A stretch of 46,774 nucleotides of DNA from Opitutales bacterium (GTDB lineage: Bacteria; Verrucomicrobiota; Verrucomicrobiia; Opitutales; Coraliomargaritaceae), in assembly GCA_049598495.1 (NCBI GenBank), contig JBMYNR010000011.1:1-46774 (forward strand). Reading direction: 5' to 3'. The notes below the pieces were generated by a model, which did no database searches, was not told the DNA's origin, and saw only the letters and a list, made by a program, of their open reading frames with translations. Each line of letters opens with the position of its first letter. Within the stretch, counting starts at the first letter, position 1. Below are positions 36,930 through 46,774 of this stretch, piece after piece. The translations under genes were made by a program, and so were the position numbers.

Positions 36930-37538
36930 TTATTGGGTATAGAGCTGATGGGCGGAAATGAAAGCCTCAACTGATTCCGGCAGCGAGCCAGCTACAGAAT
37001 CGCCATTCGCGAGCCGATCGCGAATGGCGGTGGAGCTATGATCCATCAGAGGGGCGTCGATAAGCCGGAATTTGAGCCCCGAAATATCCGGGGCATGCAC
37101 TGTATGTGCGGGCCGGGCCGACACAGCGAATGTAACTAGCGTTACCATCTCCTCGATCGAACGCCAACAATCTAATTGTTCAAACTGATCAGCACCGATA
37201 ATCCAGAAAAGCTCGGCCTCGGGTTCTCTGGCCCTGTAGTGGCGCACCGTATCAATGGTAAAACTTACACCACCGCGCTCCAGTTCCCATGCATCCACCG
37301 AGAATTGTGGCGCCCCCTCGATCGCCAGGGCCAGCATCTTTAGACGACTAGAGTCGCTGACAAAAGAAAGGTGCCCCTTGAGTGGCGACTGGGCCGCGGG
37401 GATAAATACAAGACGATCCAATTCCAACTGATCAAAAGCCGCCTGCGCAATGGCTAGATGCGCGCAGTGTACCGGATCGAAGGCTCCGCCGTAGAGACCG
37501 ATTCGTTTTTCATTCCGCATTTGTTTCGCTTGAAGCAT
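36930..37538 (-). CDS. nadD: Nicotinate-nucleotide adenylyltransferase
   Basis: GGAFDPVH.AH, SPLK, SFTIDT, WIIGADQ, SSTAIR. Start could be 37520. Confidence 0.95.
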   Translation of the reverse strand: MLQAKQMRNEKRIGLYGGAFDPVHCAHLAIAQAAFDQLELDRLVFIPAAQSPLKGHLSFVSDSSRLKMLALAIEGAPQFSVDAWELERGGVSFTIDTVRHYRAREPEAELFWIIGADQFEQLDCWRSIEEMVTLVTFAVSARPAHTVHAPDISGLKFRLIDAPLMDHSSTAIRDRLANGDSVAGSLPESVEAFISAHQLYTQ

Positions 37539-37639
37539 GGGTGTTTCGTCCTAGGGTGCCTGCATTCCGAACGTGGCACCCCGCTTGAATATAGCCAACA
37601 AAGAATTTAACGGCCCCGATCAATAACAAGAATCCTCCT

Positions 37640-38548
37640 ATGTTCAATTACCTCAGAATTTTTACCATCGGCTTTTGTATGGGTGTCGCTGACCTCATCC
37701 CGGGTGTCTCCGGAGGCACGATCGCCTTTATAAGCGGTATTTACGAGAGCCTCATCAACGGCATCAAGCGTTTCGATTTAAAAAGCCTTCACCTTGCCTT
37801 AAGCTTCAGGATCAAAGAGCTCCGTGAACGCATCCCATTCCTTTTCTTTATCCCCTTGGGCCTTGGGCTTCTGACTGCGGTATTCAGCCTGTCTCACATC
37901 CTCGAATCGCTCTTTGAGACACATCCGGAAAAGCTCTGGGCATATTTCTTCGGCCTGATTCTTGGCTCCATTCTTCTGCTTTTTCAGGAGACCCGGCCAT
38001 GGAACCTTCGTGACACTGTATTCTTCACACTCTCAGCAGTGCTTACCTTCTTCCTCGTTGGTCTGCCGGCGACACAAACACCAGCCTCTCCTCTCTATCT
38101 CTTTCTAGCAGGTTCCATTGCCATCTGCGCTATGCTACTACCGGGAATCTCGGGGTCGTATATTCTCGTGATCCTGGGTAAGTATCAAGAAGTCCTTGAG
38201 ATCATAAACGCACGCGACGTCATCTCCCTCGCCTACTTCATGGCAGGTATGTGCGTTGGAGTGCTCTCACTTGTTCGAATCATCAGCTGGCTGCTCCGGC
38301 GTTTCCGTCACCTAACCATCATCGCACTCACAGGAATCATGGCCGGGGCACTGCGAACCGTCTGGCCCTGGAAGGAACCCGTGACGACACGAATCGACAG
38401 CTCAGGTGCGGTCATACCCCTAATCCAAAAAGGATGTTTGCCGGATAACGGAGGCCAGCTTGCCATCGCCCTACTACTTCTCATAGTCGGTGCGATGACT
38501 GTCATCTTTTTGAGCCGCATGAAGCCGGCCAATGGAAGGAGGCCCTAG
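37640..38548 (+). CDS. DUF368 family membrane protein
   Basis: MG.AD.IPGVSGGT.A.I.GIY, FFGLILGS, CAMLLPGISGS..L..LG.Y, WPW. Confidence 0.93.
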   Translation: MFNYLRIFTIGFCMGVADLIPGVSGGTIAFISGIYESLINGIKRFDLKSLHLALSFRIKELRERIPFLFFIPLGLGLLTAVFSLSHILESLFETHPEKLWAYFFGLILGSILLLFQETRPWNLRDTVFFTLSAVLTFFLVGLPATQTPASPLYLFLAGSIAICAMLLPGISGSYILVILGKYQEVLEIINARDVISLAYFMAGMCVGVLSLVRIISWLLRRFRHLTIIALTGIMAGALRTVWPWKEPVTTRIDSSGAVIPLIQKGCLPDNGGQLAIALLLLIVGAMTVIFLSRMKPANGRRP

Positions 38549-40305
38549 GCCAGATCCCCGAGCGCCTTCAGGCGGAATGCCTCCAGAACCTGCACCACCT
38601 CGCCCGAGTCGCCGATCTGCATGACCTGATCGACCAATGCGACGGCATCCGATTTCTTTATATGACGGATGAAGTATTTCACCTCAGGCAGAAGACTTGA
38701 TGCCAAACTCAGCGAATCCGCTCCCATACCAAGAAGGAGCCCAGCATAAATGGGATCCCCGGCGATCTCCCCGCAAATACTGACCGGCGTATCGCCGGCC
38801 TTGGCCCCGTCAATAATCGCCTTCAAAGTGCGCAGGACAGCAGGATGCGCGGGATCATAAAGATGCGCAACCTCGTCATTTAAACGATCCACCGCGAAGA
38901 GATATTGGATCAGGTCATTCGTTCCGATACTGAGAAAATCGACTTTGGCTGCGAGCAAATCAATGATTATCGCGGCGCTCGGGACCTCGACCATTGCACC
39001 AACCTCGATCTTCTCGTCGAAGGATACACCCTCATCGCGTAAATCTTGCTTCACTGATTCGAGTATCCCGTTCGCTTGATCCAATTCACCGATTCCGCTA
39101 ATCATCGGATACATGATCTTCACATTGCCGTGATCACTTGCTCGTAGGATCGCACGTAACTGAGTCTTGAAGATGGCTTCATTCCCAAGGCAAAAGCGGA
39201 TGGCTCGAAAACCCATAAAGGAGTTATCCTCTTTCACGCTCTCGTCGCCGATTGTTTTATCACCGCCAACATCCAGAGTTCGGATAATCACCGGCTTGGG
39301 GCCCGCAGCTTCAACCACTGCGCGATACTCATCGTATTGAACAGACTCCGGAGGATAACCGTGGTGCCGTAGAAAGATCCCCTCCGTGCGAAATAGTCCA
39401 ACGCCTTCCGCATGCATCGCGTTGGCATGCTCCATTTCCTGCGAACCATCGACATTCGCCATCAGGTGAATAGAAGAACCATCCAGTGTATATGCAGGTT
39501 CCGAGATAAACGCTTGAAAGGTATCGTCGCGCTTCTTTCGCTCGATCGCCAGCTTTCCGTATTTGTAAAGTCGCTCCTCCGAGGGATTAATCACGACAAT
39601 CCCTTCGTAACCATCCACGAAAATCTGGTCGCCATTGTTGATTTTCTTCGTCGCATCATGCGTCCCCACAACCGCAGGAATCCGCAGTGATCGCGCCATA
39701 ATCACCGAATGACTGGTCTTACCACCACTGTTGGTAACGAATCCAAGTAGTTTGTTACGATCTAGGTCCGCCGCGTCAGACGGGGAGATATCCTCGGAAA
39801 TTATGATGCTCTCCGTCGCAAGATGGCCGAGATTCACCTTCTGCATGCCGATCAGGTTGTGCAGCATTCGGCGCGAAACATCGCCGATATCCGCCACCCG
39901 CTCACGAAGATACTCATCCTCCATCGAGCGAAAGAATGAGATATAGCGCTGCGCCACATTGTTGTAGCAATACTCAATATTCTTTTTGGAGTTTCTGACT
40001 TCAGCAGTCACCTCGTCGAGCAACGCATGATCCTCCAACACTAACAGGTGTGCATCAAAGATGCCCGCCTCACCCTCTCCCAGACTATTGGCAATCTGGT
40101 CGCGCACCTCGGTGATCTCAGCTCGCGTCTCGAGTATCGCTTGATCAAACCTCCCTAATTCAGCATCGATCTTGTCCTCAGGGATATCGTAACAGGGGAT
40201 ATCCAATTGCTTTTGCAGGTAGACAATTGCTGCCCCATGCGCAACGCCGGGAGAGGCAGCGATGCCTTTTAGGATAATCTCTTCTTTATTGTTTTCCTGC
40301 GACAA
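38545..40305 (-). CDS. ptsI: Phosphoenolpyruvate-protein phosphotransferase (PTS enzyme I; no GAF domain; often labelled ptsP)
   Basis: GIAASPG, TSHSVIMARS (phospho-His), GVGLFRTE, IRTLDVGGDK, SIGTNDL.QY, CGEIAGD. TTG start. Confidence 0.95.
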   Translation of the reverse strand: MSQENNKEEIILKGIAASPGVAHGAAIVYLQKQLDIPCYDIPEDKIDAELGRFDQAILETRAEITEVRDQIANSLGEGEAGIFDAHLLVLEDHALLDEVTAEVRNSKKNIEYCYNNVAQRYISFFRSMEDEYLRERVADIGDVSRRMLHNLIGMQKVNLGHLATESIIISEDISPSDAADLDRNKLLGFVTNSGGKTSHSVIMARSLRIPAVVGTHDATKKINNGDQIFVDGYEGIVVINPSEERLYKYGKLAIERKKRDDTFQAFISEPAYTLDGSSIHLMANVDGSQEMEHANAMHAEGVGLFRTEGIFLRHHGYPPESVQYDEYRAVVEAAGPKPVIIRTLDVGGDKTIGDESVKEDNSFMGFRAIRFCLGNEAIFKTQLRAILRASDHGNVKIMYPMISGIGELDQANGILESVKQDLRDEGVSFDEKIEVGAMVEVPSAAIIIDLLAAKVDFLSIGTNDLIQYLFAVDRLNDEVAHLYDPAHPAVLRTLKAIIDGAKAGDTPVSICGEIAGDPIYAGLLLGMGADSLSLASSLLPEVKYFIRHIKKSDAVALVDQVMQIGDSGEVVQVLEAFRLKALGDLA

Positions 40306-40364
40306 AACAAGGCGGTATCAACTTAGATTGGGCGTAAGAATGCCCCTACACTCAGAGAATCCAT

Positions 40365-41243
40365 TCAGATAACTGAACTTTCAATAAAAAATATGCTCTT
40401 CCCGAGCGCCTCCATGCATAGCTGCCTCATAGCTCTCAGCTCTTCCTCTCCGTCGACCAGCGCGAAGCAGCAACTCCCGGTCCCACTCAACAGACAGCGA
40501 TGACCATTGGCCCGAAGCATCTCAAGGAGGCACGGAATGGCCAGATATTTTCGCCCGACTGCCTCCTCAAAACTATTGAAGAGCAAATCCGCAAGCCCGC
40601 CGGTTTGTCGAAAAGCACTCAGACGCGCCGAAGCGAGGTCGGCCGAAGAATAAAATTTGGGTGCCCGCCGAAGGAGTTCGCCATAGGCCCATGCGGTGTT
40701 GATGGAGAAATCAGGCTTAAAAAGAGCCACCTTCTGGCCACGAATACGGGCTAGAAGTGATTCTTCTAACGGCTCCAGGATCTCACCACGGCCAGTCATG
40801 ACCGTCGCCAGAGAATCGATAAAAAGCGGACAATCCGAACCCAAGCGTGCTGCGACTTCGACCAGCGAAGACAGCGGCAAGGGCCGCCCCAGCAACTCAT
40901 TCATCGCCTTCAGGGCGACTGCGGCATTACTGCTGCCACCACCCAAGCCGGCACCCATGGGAATACGTTTCTCGAGATCAAAATGAAAATAGACAGACTC
41001 ACCGATTGTTTCTCGAAAGACATGTGCCGCACGGATGATCAGATTCTCCTCGGCGCTGGGCACCTGCACATCATCACAATGCAGACAGTCCACACCATTC
41101 CCAGCCAGGCCGACTGTCAGACGGTCGCCAAAGTCCAAGGGCGCCACCAATGATGTCAGTTCATGAAAGCCATCCTCCCGTTTACCGTGCACGGATAACA
41201 TGAGGTTGATTTTCGCAGGGGAATGTAGGGACAGAGATTCCAT
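40365..41243 (-). CDS. ispE: 4-diphosphocytidyl-2-C-methyl-D-erythritol kinase
   Basis: SPAKINL.L, GFHEL, KRIPMGAGLGGGSSNAA, LGSDCP, LSGTGS. Start trimmed to ATG 41243. Confidence 0.95.
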   Translation of the reverse strand: MESLSLHSPAKINLMLSVHGKREDGFHELTSLVAPLDFGDRLTVGLAGNGVDCLHCDDVQVPSAEENLIIRAAHVFRETIGESVYFHFDLEKRIPMGAGLGGGSSNAAVALKAMNELLGRPLPLSSLVEVAARLGSDCPLFIDSLATVMTGRGEILEPLEESLLARIRGQKVALFKPDFSINTAWAYGELLRRAPKFYSSADLASARLSAFRQTGGLADLLFNSFEEAVGRKYLAIPCLLEMLRANGHRCLLSGTGSCCFALVDGEEELRAMRQLCMEALGKSIFFIESSVI

Positions 41244-41341
41244 CTTAAATACATGATTGAAGCGAAAAGTCCTTCCCTGCGCCATGAAATTTTCTTTTTT
41301 TGCACTTTGCCAAAGAGGATTCAGCCTTTCTAGTCTGCTGT

Positions 41342-42043
41342 ATGTCTCAGCAACCATGCCAACTCATCCTCGCTCTCGACTTTGAAACACGTGAGGAAGC
41401 ACTCGCCATGCTCGATCGTCTCGGCGATTCCCTCAAATGGGTAAAGATCGGTCTTCAATTATTCACCGCTTATGGCCCCGACTTTGTTCGAGAGGTATCC
41501 GCACGCGGCTATCGTGTGTTTCTCGACCTGAAATTACACGACATCCCAAACACAGTCGCTAAGGCCGTCCAGAGCATCGCATCGCTCTCTGTCGATTTAT
41601 TGACACTACATGCGAGCGGGGGCAGCGAGATGATGGAATGGGCTGAAAAGGCACGCGCCGACTACGCACCGGATTTGAAACTACTCGCTGTGACTGTATT
41701 GACGTCGATGGATGAAGTACAGCTGCGTTCGCTCAATGTGAATGCGACACCGGAGGAACAGGTCATCCATCTCGCCGACCTCACCATACGGTCCGGAATT
41801 CAGGGCCTCGTTTGCTCTTCGCTCGAGCTTGAGCCACTACGCGCCCGTCTCGGGAAGGACCCGATCATTGTCACCCCTGGCATTCGTCCGGCCGGCAGTG
41901 CGGCAGACGAACAGAAGCGTATCATGACCCCGACTGCGGCCGCAGCGGCCGGTTCCAGTTTTATTGTCGTCGGCCGCCCGATTCTCCGAGCCGATGACCC
42001 CGCAGCCGCCGCCAAGGCGATCCAAGCAGGATTGATTCAATAA
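41342..42043 (+). CDS. pyrF: Orotidine-5'-phosphate decarboxylase
   Basis: ILALD, KIG, FLDLKLHDIPNT, VTVLTS, TPGIR, VVGRPI. Start trimmed to ATG 41342. Confidence 0.97.
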   Translation: MSQQPCQLILALDFETREEALAMLDRLGDSLKWVKIGLQLFTAYGPDFVREVSARGYRVFLDLKLHDIPNTVAKAVQSIASLSVDLLTLHASGGSEMMEWAEKARADYAPDLKLLAVTVLTSMDEVQLRSLNVNATPEEQVIHLADLTIRSGIQGLVCSSLELEPLRARLGKDPIIVTPGIRPAGSAADEQKRIMTPTAAAAAGSSFIVVGRPILRADDPAAAAKAIQAGLIQ

Positions 42044-42083
42044 TCCGGCGGGCATTGATCCGTCGAAGCCGCCGCCAGAATAC

Positions 42084-42791
42084 ATGAAAAGTGCTGCCAT
42101 ATTTCTAGCCGCCGGATGCGGTAGCCGCATGCGGGGCCGCGTCGACGACAAATCGCTGGCCCTGCTAAACGGCAAACCGGCGATCGTTTACAGTCTCGAG
42201 GCATTTTCGGGTTCGGAGATCGTGGATCACTATATCGTCGTCTATCGCGATAATGTCCAAAGATCCCGGATCGAAGCGATCATTCAGGAATACGGGCTCG
42301 AAGAGCTGAGTTTTCAATGCATCCAAGGCGGTTCTGAGCGACAACTCTCCGTTGCCAATGCGCTCGAAGCCATTCCCGAGGACTGCGAATACGTCTTTAT
42401 TCACGACTGCGCACGCCCTTGTATTCATAGTGGCGCCCTTGCGGAATTACATACCGCCGTTCAGGTGGATCAGGCTGCCTGCCTGGCCCACCCCGTCTCG
42501 GATACCATCAAACGTGCCGCCACTCAGGGCGACCTCCGACGACAGAAACTTGAGGATCTTGACCGGAGCCGACTCTGGGCGATGGAGACACCGCAGGCAT
42601 TTGCATTGAAGTCGATTCGTGAAGCCTATCAAAAGGTCATTCGGGACGGACTCAGCGTCACCGATGATGCAGCCGCCGCCGAGACGATTGGACTTCGGAC
42701 GACCCTAGTGCCCAACAATCGGCCCAACCCGAAGCTCACCACGCCCTCAGATCTGGATTACATCGAGCATCTCCTGAGCTCAAATACCTGA
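42084..42791 (+). CDS. ispD: 2-C-methyl-D-erythritol 4-phosphate cytidylyltransferase
   Basis: LAAG.GSRM...K, GG.ERQ.SV, IHDCARP, DTIK, ETPQ.F, TDDA, N.KLTTP.D. Confidence 0.95.
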   Translation: MKSAAIFLAAGCGSRMRGRVDDKSLALLNGKPAIVYSLEAFSGSEIVDHYIVVYRDNVQRSRIEAIIQEYGLEELSFQCIQGGSERQLSVANALEAIPEDCEYVFIHDCARPCIHSGALAELHTAVQVDQAACLAHPVSDTIKRAATQGDLRRQKLEDLDRSRLWAMETPQAFALKSIREAYQKVIRDGLSVTDDAAAAETIGLRTTLVPNNRPNPKLTTPSDLDYIEHLLSSNT

Positions 42792-44692
42792 TGTCTCTGC
42801 TCTCCTATCGCAATCTGACTGTTTCCTTTGGTGGCCCAAAACTCCTCGATAATGCCGGCCTCACAATCGCCAAGCAGGAACGAGTCTGTCTGCTGGGTCG
42901 AAACGGCGAAGGAAAGTCGACTCTTCTCCGGATTATCAACGGCGAAGTCAAACCCGACGGCGGGGAGGTAGAAGCCGCGCCGGGCCTTCGGGTGAGAAAG
43001 CTCGATCAGGAAATACCCGACGACATCCACGGCAGCGTTTTTGAAGTGGTCGCAGCGGGCCTTGGCAAAGCGGCCGAGACGATCGCACAGTATCACCACC
43101 TTCTCCACGAACTGGCGGAACATCCGGAAGATGCAACAATCGCCGAGCGGCTCGACACCCTCCAACACACACTGGATCAGACCGATGGCTGGGCGCTTGA
43201 ACATAGGGTCGAAAATATACTCCAACGTGTTGAACTCGATGGCGAGGCCGAGTTCGACGCCCAATCGGGCGGAAACAAACGCCGCGCCCTCCTCGCCCGA
43301 GCCCTTGTCGCCGAGCCCCACATCCTCCTGCTCGACGAACCGACCAACCATCTCGATATCCCGGGCATTCAATGGCTCGAGGAGTTTCTACGAAAGTCCG
43401 ACATTGCCCTACTCTTCGTTTCGCATGACAGGGCTTTCATCAAGCGGGTGGCCAACCGAATCATCGATTTGGACCGAGGCCAACTAAGTTCCTGGTCCTG
43501 CGACTACGAGACCTACCTTATGCGAAAGGCGGACCTACTCTCGGGCGAAGCAAAGCAGAATACCGTCTTCGATAAAAAGCTCGCCGAGGAAGAGGTTTGG
43601 ATACGCAAAGGGATCCAAGCACGCCGCACCCGTAACGAGGGACGGGTGCGCGCCCTCAAGAAGATGCGCGAAGAACGGGCAGCCCGACGGGACTCACAAA
43701 AGAGAGCCAAGCTGGATCTCAATGACGCGCAACTCTCCGGCCGAAAAGTCATCACAGTCGAAAACCTCAGCTACCAATGGAACGACCAACCTCTTATTCG
43801 AGACTTCAGCACGAAGATCTGGCGCGGAGATAAAATTGGCATCGTTGGCCTCAACGGCTCGGGGAAGACGACCCTACTCAAACTCCTTTTGAAGCAACTT
43901 ACTCCAGAGAGCGGTGACGTGAGCCATGGCACCAAACTGGAGCTTGCCTATTTTGACCAACATCGCGCTCAGCTAGATGAAAAGCTCACCGCGATGGAGA
44001 ACGTCCATCCCTACGGAGATACTATTACGATCAACGGAAAACCGAGGCATATCCTGAGCTACCTACAGGACTTTCTCTTTACTCCGCACACCTCCCGATC
44101 CCCCATCACCAAGCTCTCGGGCGGGGAACGCGCCAGGCTTCTTCTTGCCCGCCTCTTCCTCCAACCCGCCAACGTGCTCGTTCTGGATGAGCCGACCAAC
44201 GATCTCGATATCGAAACCGTCGAACTCCTTGAGGAGCGATTACTCGAATATCAGGGCACCCTACTACTCGTCAGCCATGATCGGAGTTTCCTCGAAAACG
44301 TTGTCACCAGCACAATCGCACTCGAAGGCGACGGCGTGGTGAATGAATACGTCGGCAGCTGCGACGAATGGCTGAAGCAACAATCGCTCAAAACAAATTT
44401 TAAAACCCCCAGGAAAAAGGCGCCAACTCAACCACTCATCGAGAATACAACTCAACAGAAAGCGCCGCCACGGCGAAGCTTGTCCAACAAGGAGCGCGAA
44501 GCCCTCAAGTCATTGCCAGGGCATATCAAGGCGCTCGAGGGGCAACTCGAAACCCTTACCGAGAAGATGTCGACTCCGGAGTATTATCAGGACTCTGAGA
44601 ACGACCCCGTCAAAGATTCTCAAACCATCGAATCCCTCGAAACCGAGATTCTAGAATCCTACGAACGTCTCGAAGAACTCGAAGCTCTCTGA
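42791..44692 (+). CDS. uup: ABC-F family ATPase, Uup-like
   Basis: Two ABC domains ([18 protein letters not shown] and [18 protein letters not shown]), linker [22 protein letters not shown]-terminal coiled coil. Confidence 0.9.
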   Translation: MSLLSYRNLTVSFGGPKLLDNAGLTIAKQERVCLLGRNGEGKSTLLRIINGEVKPDGGEVEAAPGLRVRKLDQEIPDDIHGSVFEVVAAGLGKAAETIAQYHHLLHELAEHPEDATIAERLDTLQHTLDQTDGWALEHRVENILQRVELDGEAEFDAQSGGNKRRALLARALVAEPHILLLDEPTNHLDIPGIQWLEEFLRKSDIALLFVSHDRAFIKRVANRIIDLDRGQLSSWSCDYETYLMRKADLLSGEAKQNTVFDKKLAEEEVWIRKGIQARRTRNEGRVRALKKMREERAARRDSQKRAKLDLNDAQLSGRKVITVENLSYQWNDQPLIRDFSTKIWRGDKIGIVGLNGSGKTTLLKLLLKQLTPESGDVSHGTKLELAYFDQHRAQLDEKLTAMENVHPYGDTITINGKPRHILSYLQDFLFTPHTSRSPITKLSGGERARLLLARLFLQPANVLVLDEPTNDLDIETVELLEERLLEYQGTLLLVSHDRSFLENVVTSTIALEGDGVVNEYVGSCDEWLKQQSLKTNFKTPRKKAPTQPLIENTTQQKAPPRRSLSNKEREALKSLPGHIKALEGQLETLTEKMSTPEYYQDSENDPVKDSQTIESLETEILESYERLEELEAL

Positions 44693-44816
44693 ACGTCCAA
44701 CTTCGTTCCGAGCGAGCGACAAGACCGGGCGCGGAGCGAACCGGATCACGCTCAACATTGAATATCGAATGAGCCATACTCACCAATCAACATGGGACGT
44801 TCAACGCTCGATGTTC
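44691..44816. repeat. 7-bp-periodic inverted-repeat element with a nested ~44-bp insert
   Basis: Left arm gaacgtc/caac..[insert 44702-44745]..tcacgct/caacatt/gaatatc; right arm gacgttc/aacgctc/gatgttc (reverse complement gaacatc/gagcgtt/gaacgtc). Confidence 0.65.
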
Positions 44817-44839
44817 CTCCTACACGTATCGCGCTCTTC

Positions 44840-44940
44840 TCGTAGAACGCTGACGACAGTCAGTGTTACTCCGCTTGCCTTGATCGTGAGCCTTTCGAAC
44901 GGTCAAATGCCCCACAACGACTGTCGTCGTCGTGCTACGA
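44840..44940. repeat. GTAG-type REP doublet (REPIN), second sequence class
   Basis: GTAG-AACGCTGAC-GACA-GTCAGTGTT (44842-44867, plus) and GTAG-CACGACGAC-GACA-GTCGTTGTG (44938-44913, minus). Confidence 0.8.
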
Positions 44941-45069
44941 AATACCCTTACGACGTGTCGGTAACTGCAGCCGAGTCATTACAGAACACGAACCTGAAGC
45001 ACCTTACCTATGACACTAAAGTTGCGTAAAAGGTAAACATGGCGATAACGTTTTCGTCGATACAAATTA

Positions 45070-46365
45070 ATGGACACTTTCCACTCTCGAAACTCCAATC
45101 CTCATTACGACAATCGCATCGCGATTGTCGGAGGCGGCGCTGCCGGTTATTTTGCTGGCATCACTGCAGCGGAAGCCAACCCCTCGGCACGGGTCACCAT
45201 TTACGAACAGGGCAGGCGCACCCTACAGAAGGTGAAAATCTCCGGTGGCGGTCGCTGCAACGTCACCCACAGCTGCTTTGACCCAGCCAAGCTGGCGACC
45301 CACTACCCCCGAGGATCCAGAGAGTTGCGGGCCGCCTTTCATCGCTGGCAACCACAGGATACCGTTGATTGGTTTGCACGGCGCGGGGTCGAAATCAAGG
45401 CTGAGCCCGATGGACGAATGTTCCCCACGACCGATGACTCGCAGACTATCATTGATTGCTTCCAGACGGCCGCCAGAAAGGCGGGCGTCCAGCTTCGGAA
45501 GGAGTGCGCACTCAAGTCACTTTCCTCCCACCACTCTCCACTCCCTACTTTCAGCCTTCATTTCGCCAACGGCGAAACCCTTCAGGCTGAAAGGGTTCTC
45601 ATCGCAGCGGGTTCGCTTAAGGCCTCGCCCTTAAGCCGAAGCCTTGAAGCGCTCGGCCACACCGTCACCCCTCTGGCTCCCTCGCTTTTCGCCTTCAACC
45701 TCACGGACAAACGCACGCACGGCCTCGCCGGACTCTCCGTCCAGGATGCCGCCGTATCCCTCATAGGGGCGTCGCTCGCGGCGCCCGGCAGACCCCAGGG
45801 AAAATCCACCCAACGCGGCCCTATTCTAATCACCCACCGCGGCCTCAGCGGCCCGGCCATACTCCGCCTCTCCGCATGGGAAGCCCGCGCTCTACAGGAA
45901 CGAAAATACCATTTCGATATTCGGATCAACTGGCTCGGTGATGTATCCGAAAATCACTTACGCGATCAGTTCAACCGGCTTCGCAAGGGTAAGACGCAAG
46001 TTAAGACAAAGGTCTTGGAGCAAATACCCCGCCGCCTTTGGGAGCGACTGCTTGAATATGTCGGCATTGCCGACGAAACCAAGTGGGCGCAACTCCCCAA
46101 AGAAAAGGAGGCCGCACTTGTTCGTGAGCTTATCGACGGGCACTACTCGGTTCAGGGGAAGACAACCAACAAGGATGAGTTCGTGACCTGCGGCGGCGTC
46201 AGTTTGAAGGAGATTGATTTCAAGACCATGGAGAGCCGCCTCGTGCCCGGCCTTCACTTCGCGGGGGAATGCCTAGATATCGACGGCATCACCGGCGGTT
46301 TCAATTTTCAGGCCGCTTGGACGGGCGGCCGTCTTGCAGGCCTCGCGATGGCAGGGGTTGATTAG
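45070..46365 (+). CDS. HI0933/BaiN/YhiN-family flavoprotein oxidoreductase
   Basis: IVGGGAAG, KVKISGGGRCNVT, GRMFP, ITH.GLSGP, FVTCGGV, GE.LDIDG.TGGFNFQAAW. Confidence 0.95.
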   Translation: MDTFHSRNSNPHYDNRIAIVGGGAAGYFAGITAAEANPSARVTIYEQGRRTLQKVKISGGGRCNVTHSCFDPAKLATHYPRGSRELRAAFHRWQPQDTVDWFARRGVEIKAEPDGRMFPTTDDSQTIIDCFQTAARKAGVQLRKECALKSLSSHHSPLPTFSLHFANGETLQAERVLIAAGSLKASPLSRSLEALGHTVTPLAPSLFAFNLTDKRTHGLAGLSVQDAAVSLIGASLAAPGRPQGKSTQRGPILITHRGLSGPAILRLSAWEARALQERKYHFDIRINWLGDVSENHLRDQFNRLRKGKTQVKTKVLEQIPRRLWERLLEYVGIADETKWAQLPKEKEAALVRELIDGHYSVQGKTTNKDEFVTCGGVSLKEIDFKTMESRLVPGLHFAGECLDIDGITGGFNFQAAWTGGRLAGLAMAGVD

Positions 46366-46539
46366 GCTGGCCGCCATTGCTCTTGCCAGGTCGGCATCGC
46401 TCACTAACTTTGCGTGAGAATTACCAACAAGAAGACCAACCCCAAGAGATAGAATGCTATCGACGAGCGCGGGGCTCACGCGGAAACAACTGACGCAAGG
46501 CAGCAAAGTAACCACGCCGTAACCAAAGAAGTTGCCCCC

Positions 46540-46774
46540 ATGAAAATACTCGCCGACTTCAAGAAATTCACCCTACGGGGTAACCTGATCGACCTTGCCA
46601 TCGGCTTTACGGTCGGGGCGGCCTTCACCACCGTGGCGAAATCATTGGTCAATGACATCATCATGCCGCCGATCGGTTGGCTGATCGGACGGCAGGACTT
46701 TTCCGATCTCTTCTTCATTATCCCCGGGACTGCCCCCGCGGATCTGACGATTAAGACGCTGGAACAGGCCCGGG
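46540..46774 (+). CDS. mscL: Large-conductance mechanosensitive channel (partial, runs off the window end)
   Basis: Manual translation MKILADFKKFTLRGNLIDLAIGFTVGAAFTTVAKSLVNDIIMPPIG...DFSDLF. Confidence 0.95.
   Translation, partial: MKILADFKKFTLRGNLIDLAIGFTVGAAFTTVAKSLVNDIIMPPIGWLIGRQDFSDLFFIIPGTAPADLTIKTLEQAR

Noticed and set aside
24327..38548. Short convergent overlaps (truC/rdgB 15 bp, trmH/EEP 4 bp, DUF368/enzyme I 4 bp)
   Set aside because: Common in compact bacterial genomes; nothing else suggests regulatory significance.
44769..45029. 86-aa ORF between uup and the BaiN gene
   Set aside because: Composed of heptamer-arm and REPIN sequence; no protein-like features.

Overview
Bacterial chromosome segment; gene content and hypothetical-protein families suggest a verrucomicrobial (Opitutales/Coraliomargarita-like) genome (inference). 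Left to right: a REP/REPIN-rich intergenic region, a GH42 beta-galactosidase with a GPH sugar transporter, and a visibly AT-richer four-gene signalling module (OmpR-family regulator, histidine kinase with an opsin-like 7TM sensor lacking the retinal lysine, TetR, and a hybrid kinase with all catalytic motifs degenerate). Then a PhoD-like protein missing most metal ligands, ppc, the pheS-pheT-gatC-gatA-gatB operon and a long housekeeping run (truC-like, rdgB, ribD, two Hsp20, rpsU, RNA methyltransferases, rsfS, nadD, PTS enzyme I, ispE, pyrF, ispD, uup-like, BaiN/YhiN, partial mscL). Most striking: three of the four junctions of the pheST-gatCAB operon hold one family of ~30-bp, ~9-bp-periodic inverted repeats. 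One pair brackets an intact GxxExxY (PD-(D/E)XK-like) gene exactly from ATG to stop, one brackets a frameshifted GxxExxY pseudogene, and one is empty. This looks like a minimal, largely uncharacterised mobile cassette system seen in intact, decayed and empty states. REP-like and 7-bp-periodic repeats also occur, two of them in frame inside the BaiN gene. No rRNA, tRNA, CRISPR array or classical IS transposase was recognised. All alignments were by eye.
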